The position numbers and the translations under genes were made by a program. Shown here piece by piece: positions 48,041 through 58,570 of a DNA stretch of 58,570 nt (its first letter is position 1; each line of letters opens with the position of its first letter). The notes under the pieces were generated by a model. It was not told the DNA's origin, searched no databases, and saw only the letters and a list, made by a program, of their open reading frames with translations. Origin of the DNA: Chiloscyllium plagiosum (lineage: Eukaryota); contig NW_025215277.1 in NCBI RefSeq assembly GCF_004010195.1, positions 24,224 to 82,793 of the forward strand, read 5' to 3'.

Positions 48041-51000
48041 GCACTAGTGTCATTAAGACACAATTCGATATGTTTTTGATTTGTAAGGGGATCAAGGATT
48101 CCAGGGAGAAGGCAGTAGAATGAGGTCGAGGTACATATAAGAAATTATTGAACGGAAGTTCCGACTCGATAGGCTGAATATCCTCAATCTGTTTATTTCC
48201 TTGATGCTCCTGCGGTATTATGCTATCACGCATTCTCCTCCTGAGACAGCAGCAGAGGCTGGGTGTGATACATATTTGATTGGAAAGGGGCAGTGGGAAT
48301 ACGGGATAGGTTTGGAGTCCGGAATGGATTATGTTCCAAATTATTCCTAATTATTCTGTCCTTATGTCTGAAAAGAGCTGGTGATTTGATGTTCAGTTAA
48401 CACAGTTTTCAAATAACAGTCCCAAAATGAAATAAGGAATTCCCTTTCACTTTAGTGTTGTGCTACCTGTGGTGTCCTCATCCTCAGGGAGCAGTAAATA
48501 CTCGGTTATTGAAGATATTCAAGGCTGAACTCGACTGATCTTTACTGGACTGAAGGGTCAGTGTTTAGTGGGAACAGACAGGAAATGGATGGTCAGACAC
48601 ATTCGGAACAGTCATGAACATTCTGAATGTTGCAGCCGAATGGGCAACTTCTTCCCCTATCCCATGTATTGTTCCCTCAATCCACCCTCGAGGCTGTAAC
48701 AGAGATATACTGCTGCCCCATCCCAATGTTGTTCCCTCAATCCACCCCTCGATGCTGTTGCAGGGTTGGGGACCACTCCATTCTGTCAGACAGGATCGTT
48801 ACAATGACACAGGAGGAGACCAATCTGTCCCTTTAAGGAATTGCACAGGAATATCGAATGAAGTAATTCAGCTCGTTCAGCACACTACACAGTCCAGGAG
48901 GAGTCCATTCAACCCACCTGAGTCGCTACACAGGAACAGGGAAGCTGTTGCTGACAAGAAATAGAGAATAGAGATAAATGTTTATTTTCAGGCTGCAAAG
49001 CTGTAACTGCTGGAGTGCCTCAGAGATCACTGTGGGGTCAACAATGATCAACAATCTGAATCAAAGTTTTGGAGGAAGGGGAGGGAATATCTTGGAGCTC
49101 AATTAGCTTGTAGACCAAGATTGTCATTCAATGTGTCGTCAAATGGAGGTAGTGAGTCTGCAATGTGATACAGGCAGGGAAGGCTCGTGAGCAAAGCTTC
49201 AGCAGAAATAACGTAAGGTTAATTGACTGTTTTGGCATGAAAGACGAAACAATGATATACAATTTAAACGTAGAGAGATTGCCGAACTCTGTGATAGAGG
49301 CAGTTTCCATGTTCTGCAACATAAATCATATGAAGTCAGATGCAGAAAGTGTTTTGGAAGGTAAGTGTTTTTGTCAAAAGATATCAAGTTTAATTGCAGG
49401 AATGTTTTACTGCATCTGTACAGGGCATTGCTAAGACCAGACCTGATGCACTGTGTGCAGGATTGATCCCCTAAACTAAAATTAAAAAATGATATAATTA
49501 TTTTCGAAGATTTTCAAAGAGGTTTCCCTTTACTCATTCCTGGAATGCCGGCCTTTTGTTATGGGGGATTAGCAGTTTTGGACTTAGCTGAGAAATAGTA
49601 TTGAACCATCCATGACTTTCTGAGAATTATATGAGCTGGATGTACATTATCTCCTGTCAGAGAGACTAAAGCTAGAGAACAAACTTTAGGAAAAAGATGC
49701 ATTGATATTAACACACATGCTATGAAGATACCTACCGATATTTACAAATTGCACAGACACATGTCTTCAAATTGTAAAGTGGGGACTTTTTTGTGATTGG
49801 AAGAAATTGTGTACTACAAGAGCAATGACGCATCTGCATATAATCCATCATCAGGTTTTCCAGAGAATATTCCAGGAGATCGCACATGGTCGAGTTTGAT
49901 GTTCAGTTGTCATTATTATATGTTCCAACACAGAGAGGGAGAAAAAAAAGTATTCCCTGTCTGAGAAGCAGCAGCCGATTGATCCCTCTCTCTTACTTTG
50001 TTCCGCCAGATAGAAAAGTGTGAGTCCATAAAATCCTTGCGTCACCTTTACCACTTGTGAAGGATTCCTGGTGAGGATTCATTGGAATCTCACCACTGCC
50101 TAAAACGGAGGGAATTCAGCCAAATCCCAGTGTTCCAGAAAGAAATCCCACTACCAGTAGCTTGTGTGAGCAGAATAACTTCAAAGTCAGAATAACATTT
50201 GGTGCACTCTATCATTTTACAATTTGTTATGAGATCAACATTCTGTGTCTTATATTTTTCTAGAAAATAGCCCAGTCTGTGACCTCAATCATTTGCCACC
50301 TCACTAAACTTGCTGTATTTAAACTGGGTGTAACCAGTGGAGAAGTGGGACTGGAAAAGGACACAGTGACACTCCAACATTTGCTGGAAGACAAAGGAGG
50401 AATTCTCAAGGGATGTCCAAGTGGAAATTCCTTTTCCTAGAGGATTGTGGTACCTGGATGTTTGCATTTATTTAAAGTTTTTTTTGATATGGAGTAAAAT
50501 GGTATACAGACAGCAACGTGCTGCTGTGACCAAAAGCACATGGAGCGGTGACAAAGTATCTAATGACCCACTCCTGCTGCTCAGTCCTGTGTTGCTATGT
50601 TCTATTCAACTCCTCACAGCTCCTGCAAGGAGCAGAAGGAGGCCACTTGATCCAAATACCTGTTGAACAGTAATCCAGGATCTTGTTCAGTCCCTTGTCG
50701 GTTGGAAAATATTATTTGGTTTGAAAGACGCCTCTGGTCTCTTTACATAGTGTTTCCTCTCTGCAACTTGTGGTTCATTTGTTGGGGATATTTTAGACAC
50801 AGATTCACCGTGAATACAGTCACCTCAACCAGAGATGACTCACGAAGTACTTTACTGTCTCTGATTGCAACGTTTAATAAAAGAACATTCAGGAAAATTA
50901 CAGCCATTAACTTTGCAATTACTGAATATGAGGACAAATGGAACAGGATCAGATAATTCTGATTATCAAGTCATTGCATAACATCATGGCTGATCTACTG

Positions 51001-52138
51001 TTGACAATAACTCCTCTTTAATGCCCAATTCTTCACCCCTTAGCTCTCTGACTGGTCAAAAATCCATCTACCTACTCGTTAAATGTTTTAAGTGATATAG
51101 CTCCCCTAGCTCTCCAGCCCAGGTAATTCCTGACAGTGATTACCTTCTGTAAAAGGAAAGGACTCCCTACACATACACCGTCACCTATTGATATGAAAAA
51201 GATTCGAACACAGGGGCTCAGGAAAGAGCGAATGGCTTTGATGCCAAGGCAGTATTTAACTGATGATGGCATCGGGACCACCTACTTGTTTGAGCTGAAT
51301 TTCGACCAGGTGTAACCTTCCACTGGACGGGGTCTTTCAGAACACACATAAAGAGGTTTCGGGTCAGTCGCCAACAATCCTCTCAGTCCCAGGACATCTC
51401 TGCAGGAGATCCTCAGGTTAGTCTCCTCAGCACAAACATCTTCAGTTGCTCCATCAATGCATTTTCCCTTCATAAGGTCTGAAGTCGGCATGATGATTGA
51501 AGATCACGGAATGTTCAGCACAATTTGTCCCCCATCAGCTCCTCAACCATTTTGTGTCCATGTGCAGCAAGATCCAGGCAGCATACTGGTTTGCCCAGAT
51601 AAAGTGTCCGTAAAATTTATGTAAACAGCACGGCCATACACTGCACATTTCCACAGCTAACAGAGGAACACATTCAGCATCTCAAGCTGGTTTCACACGG
51701 GTATGAGCTGGCATTCAGGAACAGAAAGAGTGACAGCACATTCACTATTCCTGGCTGTTACAGGGGAAGAAGAGTGGTCTGTTTAGTGCATCGAGCTGTT
51801 AAACAAGAGCAGGCAGAGCCCAATTAGAACCTTAACGGAGTTCCATGTGACCAGGAGGAGGATATTCATCCCCATGAGACAATTAGACAGGAACAAGAGG
51901 GGTTCATTGATATTCCAACATGACACACCAATGAAATTGAGAATACACTGATAGAGGACTCCATGATGTTAATTATGGTTCTATTGTTTGTTGGCAATGG
52001 AACATAGTTTGCTGGCAATGAGGAGGGAAGCCAAATGATTTGTAACATGTCTCAAGGAGGCATTTTCCATCGCCGAGAAGACACACACATGTTCTCCAAG
52101 GAGGTCAGAATCTGGTGGGAACAGTTAACCGTTTTAGC

Positions 52139-53290
52139 ATGAAGGTATTGTGGCTGCTGTAGGGATTGCAGATAACGAGACTTTCAGTGCAGGACCATGC
52201 ACCAAATGCGCTGTATTAATGTGGGGAGAGTTTATTCAAAGACTGGCCCTCTGCTTCTCTCATGCGACATGGAGATTGGGTGTGGAGTGAGGGGAATATT
52301 CTCAGAGGATGTTAAACTATTGACAATCGTGCAACCCGAGTAAAAAAAAAGCAATGTAATCATTCACCGTATCCGTGTCTATTTAGAACATCGTGAGTGA
52401 CTGTCCCTCCCCCTCAAGTTTCAATGCAATCGCCTCTCATTCTTTCACAACGCCAGAAATTAATCTTCACTGTCTCTTCATGGTACCATAATCCCAGGGA
52501 TTAGTCTGGTGAAACTCCATTGCACTCTCTCTGTGGCAAGGCGATCATTCCTTATGAAGGAGAGAAAGTCTCTCTGCAATATCCCAAATACTGTCTCAAC
52601 AACACTCTCAACGATGATCACAATAACTCTTCTTCCTCTTAGACATCTCTATTTCTTTCTTATGGCGTAAAAAGACTTTCATTCTCTCTGCACTGCTGTA
52701 AAGAGTTAACTCTTTTATAATGAAGGTATTGTTGCTGCTGTCGGGATTATGGATAACATAACGTTCATTGCAGGATCACGCCCAATTGAACTGTATTGAT
52801 GTTGGGAGAGTTTATTCAAAAGCCTGAACCTCTCTCCCTCTTTCTCTCCCCCCCCCCCCCCCTCCCCTCTCTTTCTCTCTCTGTCTCAGTTGAAAGAGGG
52901 AGTCGGAGTGGTTGGGAACGTTCTCAGGGAATCTTAAACTATCTAGAATCATATAATCTGAGTGAAAAAAAGCCATGGAACTTATCACCGTATCAGTGTC
53001 TGTTTAGAACATCATGAGTGATTGTCCATTCCCTTAAGGTTCAATGCAATCACCTCTTATTCTCTCACTGAGATTCACTCAAAGCTAATGGTGCCATCAT
53101 CGTAGGGACTAGTCTAGTGAATCTTGAGAGAAAGACTATCCACAGTACCCCAATAACCCAAATACTGCCTCAACAACACTCTCCAGCATTATCAAAAACA
53201 CCTTATCTCTCACTCAGACATCGTCATTTCTTTCCTGTGCCACAAAAAAAAAACATTCCTTCTCTATGCACTACGACTGACATGGAATTT
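52139..53290 (+). repeat. Old ~580-bp tandem duplication
   Basis: tgaaggtattgt.gctgctgt.gggatt at 52140 and 52721; tcaccgtatc.gtgtct.tttagaacatc.tgagtga at ~52364 and ~52985; more diverged single copy at ~36330. Confidence 0.85.
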
Positions 53291-53606
53291 ATAAGTCCCT
53301 GACATCTGTACGTCAGCATCAATAAAGCCAGCACCAGAGATACCTATGAAGATGTGCATCACTCTCGGGGAGAATTTCAATGAGATTGAATACACCTAAA
53401 ATAGTGGATGATCACGTACCTGAATGAAAATGAGATGTAGCAATACAGAAAACAGGCAGAGAAAGGGAGCTATCTTTACCTTTGTTCTTTTCTCACAGGA
53501 TGTCTGAATCCCTGGTCATCATGTTATGCAGATCTTGAACTGAGTGGCTGGTTCAGCTGTTCCACAGTACCGTAAAGAGTAAAACGTATAGCTATGGGTT
53601 TTGTAG

Positions 53607-54297
53607 TGTTACAACACAGGATAAGTCTTCCTGCTTAATTGAAACCAACAACACAGAAAAGATTTATCTCATGCAGTAATCTGTGATAATTCTAGAGTCC
53701 AATTCTATTTAAAGTAAAAATCAAAAACTTTATTTCTTAAAGTATAACAGAGAAGAATAAACGAACGACTATATATAACTTCTTCCTCTAACCTGTCTTT
53801 TACCTTCCCCCTCCACAATACTCGTCCGTTAAGACTCCTAATTAACATTTACGAAACAAAACTTCTTATCTCAAAATCAGGAAGCTTTCGGTTCTTCTCC
53901 ATATTTCTGTCTTCTTTCTTCTTGGGGACTCTGCTTCACCAGTTACTAATCAATAAAGGTATCCATAGGAGAGCCATTTTTCAGGCAATCTTTGCATGCT
54001 GGTAGCTTGGCAGTTCTCCTCTTAACTGTTTAATTTTCCGTGGTCTTGTACCACCAAAATATTGGATGGTATCATTGGCTGTTAAGATTGTCAATATAAT
54101 AAATTGAAACTTGGTTGGACGTGGGTATTTGGGGTATAATTTAAAATGTCTGGCTGAATTCGTTTCAAGACAATGAGCTAATCAGGAGTTCGACCAAATG
54201 TTACATTATAACTTTTTCAGAACTCTTGGTGCTGTCAGGTAGTAATTATTGGTTTTTAATTCTCTCAAAGGTACGGTGCGCCCACGTGTTCATCACA
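53607..54297 (-). mobile_element. Probable solo LTR
   Basis: ~690 bp bounded by TGTGA...TAACA on minus, with an internal aataaa. No clear TSD. Confidence 0.55.
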
Positions 54298-54910
54298 GAC
54301 GTCACACGGAAACCTGACGAGGGAAGCATGACACATTGACATCCCTAAATGACTTGAGCAAGCAGGTTGATTTTTAAAACAAATGATAATGGTTGCTTTT
54401 AATTTCCTTCATGAGATATCAATAGACCATTATTGTGTGGCTGTAGATTATGAGTCAATAGCTTGACCACCATAAACTGTTTTCCCTTATGTGCAGAGAA
54501 CAAGTTAAACATTCTCAATAGCAATTATTTAGTAATGGACATGTGGTTACAAGGAATGTGAAACTGTTGCATCCGGATTGAACAAAGGCAAAAATGGTTT
54601 ATTCAGATATTGCACTGAGACTGAGGACGAGACTGGGATCATGATGGTGGTATTGGACAGGATTGGTGAGTGGGGAGGACATGGAGATGTAAATCTGTGA
54701 AGGACAAAATGGATTATGGAGTTTGAGAAAAGTCTGGTTCCTTCTCGCATATCAGTGAGTAACTCATAAATCATAGTTTGATGGATCTAATATATAAGGA
54801 ATTGATTGTTTGTTTGGAACTGAAGATATTTACTTGCACATTCCAAACTGTGCATATCATGAGCAGAGATTCAGTTCAACCCGGTTTTGTAGACAAATAT
54901 AATTACTTAC

Positions 54911-55214
54911 CAGGAACACCAACTATCGCGAGGATGGGATAGTAACCATCTTGAATAATCCAAAGGATATCCTGGATCTGATATGCTAATGATATCCAAA
55001 GCTGAGAAAGCAAGTAAAGACCCCCAGATAAACTCCTGTCCATTGTTGGAACATTCCAGTCTAATGTTCTCAGATCCTGATCCATTGTTGGAACATTCCA
55101 ATCCATGGTCCTCAGATGATGAGCAATTATTGTAACGTTCCTGTCTAATGTTCTCAGATTCGGATCTCTCCTCCTCCTCTCTCTCGAGCTGCTGATCCCT
55201 GTTAGTGCTGTCAT
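54911..55214 (-). CDS. First coding exon of a GPR139/GPR142-like GPCR, copy C; open frame, partial gene
   Basis: ORF 54903..55214 ends ...MDRSLSGGLYLLSQLWISLAYQIQDILWIIQDGYYPILAIVGVP+G, then canonical donor gtaagt (54910-54905), phase 1. The true start is uncertain: ATG 55214, 55106, or a later repeat ATG. Confidence 0.8.
55038..55157 (-). repeat. Same 42-bp repeat, ~2.8 units, in GPCR exon copy C
   Basis: Translates LRTLDRNVTIIAHH LRTMDWNVPTMDQD LRTLDWNVPTMD. Confidence 0.9.
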
Positions 55215-55959
55215 TGATGTTCCTACTCAAACTATGGGATAACACACTGAATAGAGCCCATTTATCTTTCAACAATGGAAACTCTCGACTGTGATAAATA
55301 GGAGATCCACGGAGATGGACATTAATCACAGTCACGGAACAAATAGCTTCATTTAAGCCCTTTGAGTTCAATATTGATTTCATTAAAATCCAAACGAACG
55401 TTTAAAATTTACCCATTTAACTAGGGATATGTGTGGCTGGCTGAGGAAAGAAGTATTGGAGATGGTAGATTGATTGGGAGTAATGTCAAAGGATTGTCAG
55501 AACATAAATAAGTTTCTCCGTTTATAAATGGAAACATACAGTCTGTAACTACTGATCAGTGATTATAATGTCAGTAAAATATGGAGGAACTTTTCTAGTC
55601 CATAATCTGACAGGCAAATGTGCCGACGACAACATGAGTTATAACAGACAAATGGCATGGATATGTTAACAGAGAATATGATGTGACACACAATTCAGAT
55701 GGTTAGTCGGGGATCAGACAGGGCAGGTGAGGGTCATGCAGTTAGTGTTGTTGATGTCACTCAACTGTGATTAATTACCATGCACTGGTTTTCAATTTCA
55801 GTGTGATTATGATATTGGGGACATGGCTGCAGAGACTGGAGGGAGGGAACATGATGTTTTACCAGTCATCAGTATTGGGATGTTACTCTTTATAAATTAT
55901 AAGAAGATCTAATTCCAGGATGCATCTCTAATGAGGAATGAGGAGAGCCAATATTAATC

Positions 55960-56805
55960 ATACGACCAGAAGACATTGGAGCAGAAATTTGGTCTTTCAG
56001 CCCATTGAGCCTGCTCCGCCATTTAATGATGGCTGCTAACTTTCTCAACCCCATTCTTCTGCTTTCTATCGGTAAACATTCATCCCCTTTACGATCAAGA
56101 ACCTATCTGTGTTACTCTTAATTATATTCAATTACCTGGCCTCGACAGCCTTCTGCAGCAGTAAATTCTCTAGATTCACCACTCTCTGGCTGAAGAGGTT
56201 CGTCTTTATCTGTGTTTGAACAGGTCTTCTCTTTACCTTGTCCCCCTGGGTCCTAGTCTCCCCTCCATTGGAAATATCTTCCAAAATCCACCCTATCCAG
56301 GTCATTCAATATTCTGTAAGTTTCAAATAGACCTCCTAACATCCTTCTGAACTCTATCAAATATAGACCCAGAGCCTTCAGATGTTCTCCATATCAAAGT
56401 TTTTCATTCCTGAGACCACTTTCGTGAATCTCAACGGAAAATGCTCCAGGGCCAGTACATCCTTCCTGAGATATGGGACCCAGAACTGTAATTATCCAAA
56501 GGTAGCCTGACCAAATCTTATAGAGCGTCAGAAGTGCATCCTTGCATTTATATCTAAGATATCTTGAAATAAATGGAATCATTTTATTTGCCTTCCTAAC
56601 TGCTGACAACCTGCAGGTTTACCATTCATGATCCTTGACTAGAACCACCCCCACCACCGACACACACAGTCTTCTGAACTTGCTCGCTATTTAGAAATAA
56701 TTCCATGCCTTTATTTTTCCTGGCAAACTGCATGACCTCACACTTGCCCACGTTATACTCCACCTGCCATTTCTTTGCTCACTCCCCTAACCTGTGCAAC
56801 TCCTT
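55960..56805 (-). mobile_element. CR1 LINE 3' part
   Basis: AVRKANKMIPFISRYLRYKCKDALLTLYK; 3' terminus near 55965. Confidence 0.85.
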
Positions 56806-56807
56806 CA

Positions 56808-57760
56808 GCAGGAGAAAGTGAGGACCGCAGATGCTGGAGATCAGAGTCAAAAAGTGTGGTGCTAGAAAAGCACAGCCAGTTAGGCGGACTCTGAGGAGCA
56901 GGATATTCGACGTTTCAGTCATCAAACCTTTATTAGGAATGAAGTGGGTGGGCAGAAGGGTTTTGAGAGATGAATGGGAGGGATTGGGAGGAACGTAGCT
57001 TGGAAGGCGATGGCTAAATGAAGGTGAGTGGAGAGAGTGGAAGGTGGAGTGGATAGATGCGAAAGAAGATAGAAACGTAGGACAGTTCAACAGGCGGTGC
57101 TCAGTTGGAGGGTTAGATCTGGGATAAGGTGGAGGGAGGGGAGATGATTAAACTGGTGAAATTGCGCTGAATACCATATGGTTGAAGGGTCCCAAGGTGG
57201 AAGACGATGCGCTCATCCTCCAGACGTCTGGTGGCTAGAATATGGCAGTGGAAGAGGCCAAGTACTTGCATTTCCATGGAGGGGTGGTCGGGGGAGGTGA
57301 AACATTTAGCCACAGGGAAGTGGGGTTGTTCTTTTTGTGATGGAGAGTGTTCCCTGAACCATTCTGCAAGTTGATGTCCTGTCTCCTAAGAGGAGACCAG
57401 GAGCAATCGACAGAGTAGATGAGGTGTTTGGATGTACAGGATATAGTCTGCCTAATGCAGATGGATCCTTTGGGGCCTTGGCTGGAGGTGAGGAGGAAGT
57501 TGTTGGCACAGGTTTCATACCTCTTGTAATGGCAAGGGAAGGTGCCGGGAGTGGAAGGTGGCTTGTTGGGGTGTGGGAGGCGAGATGCGTGAACCTAACG
57601 AGGGAGTCGTGAAGGGAATGGTCTGCAAAATGCTGATAGGGGTGGGGAGCGAAGTATATCTCTGTTGGTATGGTCTGACTTTTGGTGGCAGATATGGCGG
57701 AGGATGATGCGCTGTATCCTGAGGGTGTTCTGGAAGGCGAGAATCAGAAGGATGCTAAAG
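56808..57760 (-). mobile_element. Penelope-like element 3' part, nested in the CR1
   Basis: MQVLGLFHCHILATRRLEDERIVFHLGTLQPYGI; terminal repeat at 56808-56942 with a decayed hammerhead (attc-ctaataa..gaaacgtc-gaat). Confidence 0.85.
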
Positions 57761-57849
57761 GGTGCTACTGCACCATCCTGCAGCCGAAACACTTCTTCGA
57801 TGCTACCTATCCCTCTATTCCATCTTTGCACTGTTTGGAAACTTAGCTA

Positions 57850-58570
57850 GAATGCCCTCAGTTCCTTCATGTAGATCATTAATTCACAAAGCGAATTTGT
57901 CAGACAGCCATCCATCTCTCCAAGCTCGCACCTTGCCTATAACACCTGGGACCCTGATCTTTCTAAATAGCCTCCTGCGTGGCGCCTTACCAAAGGATTT
58001 TAGAGAAGCAGGTCGATAACATCTACTGGTTCTCCTTGGTCAAATCTGCTCGTTACTCCCTCAAAGTATTCCAGCTGGTTTGTCAGCCATGACCTCCCAT
58101 TGATGAAACAATGCTGACTTTGCACTATTTTACTAAATACTTCTAAGTATTCAGAAATCCAATTCTTCACCCTGGATTCCAGGATGTTACCCACAACCAA
58201 GGTTAGGCTAATCAGTCTGTAATTTTCCATCTTCTCCCTAACTTCCTTATTACATGGAGTGTCACGTTAGCATTTTTCCAGCCTTTCCTGAGTTTAGGCA
58301 TTCCTGAAAGATTACCACTTTCACTTTCACTACCTCTTCAGCTATCTCCCTTACAATGCTAGGGTGTAGTCCATATGGTTCAGGTGATTTATCCAGATTC
58401 AGCCATTCAGTTTTATAACATGTTCTTCTTGGTGATGACCACCTTACTAAGCTCTGCCCTCTCACTCGCTTCAATTTTAGGGAAATTACTCGTGTCTTCC
58501 ACCATGAACAGTGATGCATAGTTCCTCATTAATTTCTTTGTTTTCCACTCCTGTCTCTCCAGCATAATTT
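57850..58570 (-). mobile_element. CR1 LINE RT fragment
   Basis: ENYRLISLTLVVGNILES..QSQHCFINGRSWLTNQLEYFE and LDKSPEPYGLHPSIVRE. Confidence 0.9.

Noticed and set aside
50053..50100. Possible 48-bp phase-1 micro-exon on minus (ttttag|..|gtaaag), with a paralog at ~32641-32687
   Set aside because: The paralog is 47 bp with an in-frame stop, the donor is weak, and the peptide would interrupt TM1. No support without RNA data.
50663..50956. Hydrophobic short ORFs on both strands
   Set aside because: No GPCR or other family motifs, and no paralogous conservation in unit B.
52030..52075. Minus-strand GKC..HVTNHL resembling the start of a GPR139-like exon 2
   Set aside because: It needs a frameshift, has no flanking TM segments or acceptor, and lies in a decayed LINE-tail minisatellite.
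54907..55383. 158-aa alternative-frame ORF overlapping exon copy C
   Set aside because: The frame is not preserved in copies A or B. Only the frame ending YYPILAIVGVP is conserved.

Overview
This is vertebrate genomic DNA, most likely from a shark. The assignment rests on the repeat content: HER1/CR1-type LINEs, HE1-type V-SINEs and GIY-YIG Penelope-like elements. There are two assembly gaps, and most of the window is decayed retroelements. The only host coding sequence I can support is three paralogous first coding exons of GPR139/GPR142-like class A GPCRs, at 10227-10365 (+), 39634-39807 (-, frameshifted) and 54911-55214 (-). Each ends in YYP(I/L)L(A/S)IVG(V/D)P with a phase-1 GT donor and is preceded by a variable-copy 42-bp (14-aa) repeat that contains the start codon. 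The three exons sit in multi-kb duplicated units, one inverted and two in tandem, that share upstream, promoter and intron blocks. I could not find the large TM1-TM7 second exon anywhere, including between the two same-strand copies. This raises the possibility of a variable-first-exon cassette locus. Other notable items are Penelope-borne minimal hammerhead ribozymes, a fold-back mini-insertion whose empty site is in the paralog, a 58-bp near-perfect palindrome, and a 94-copy LINE-tail heptamer chimera. All alignments were made by eye and boundaries of decayed repeats are approximate.
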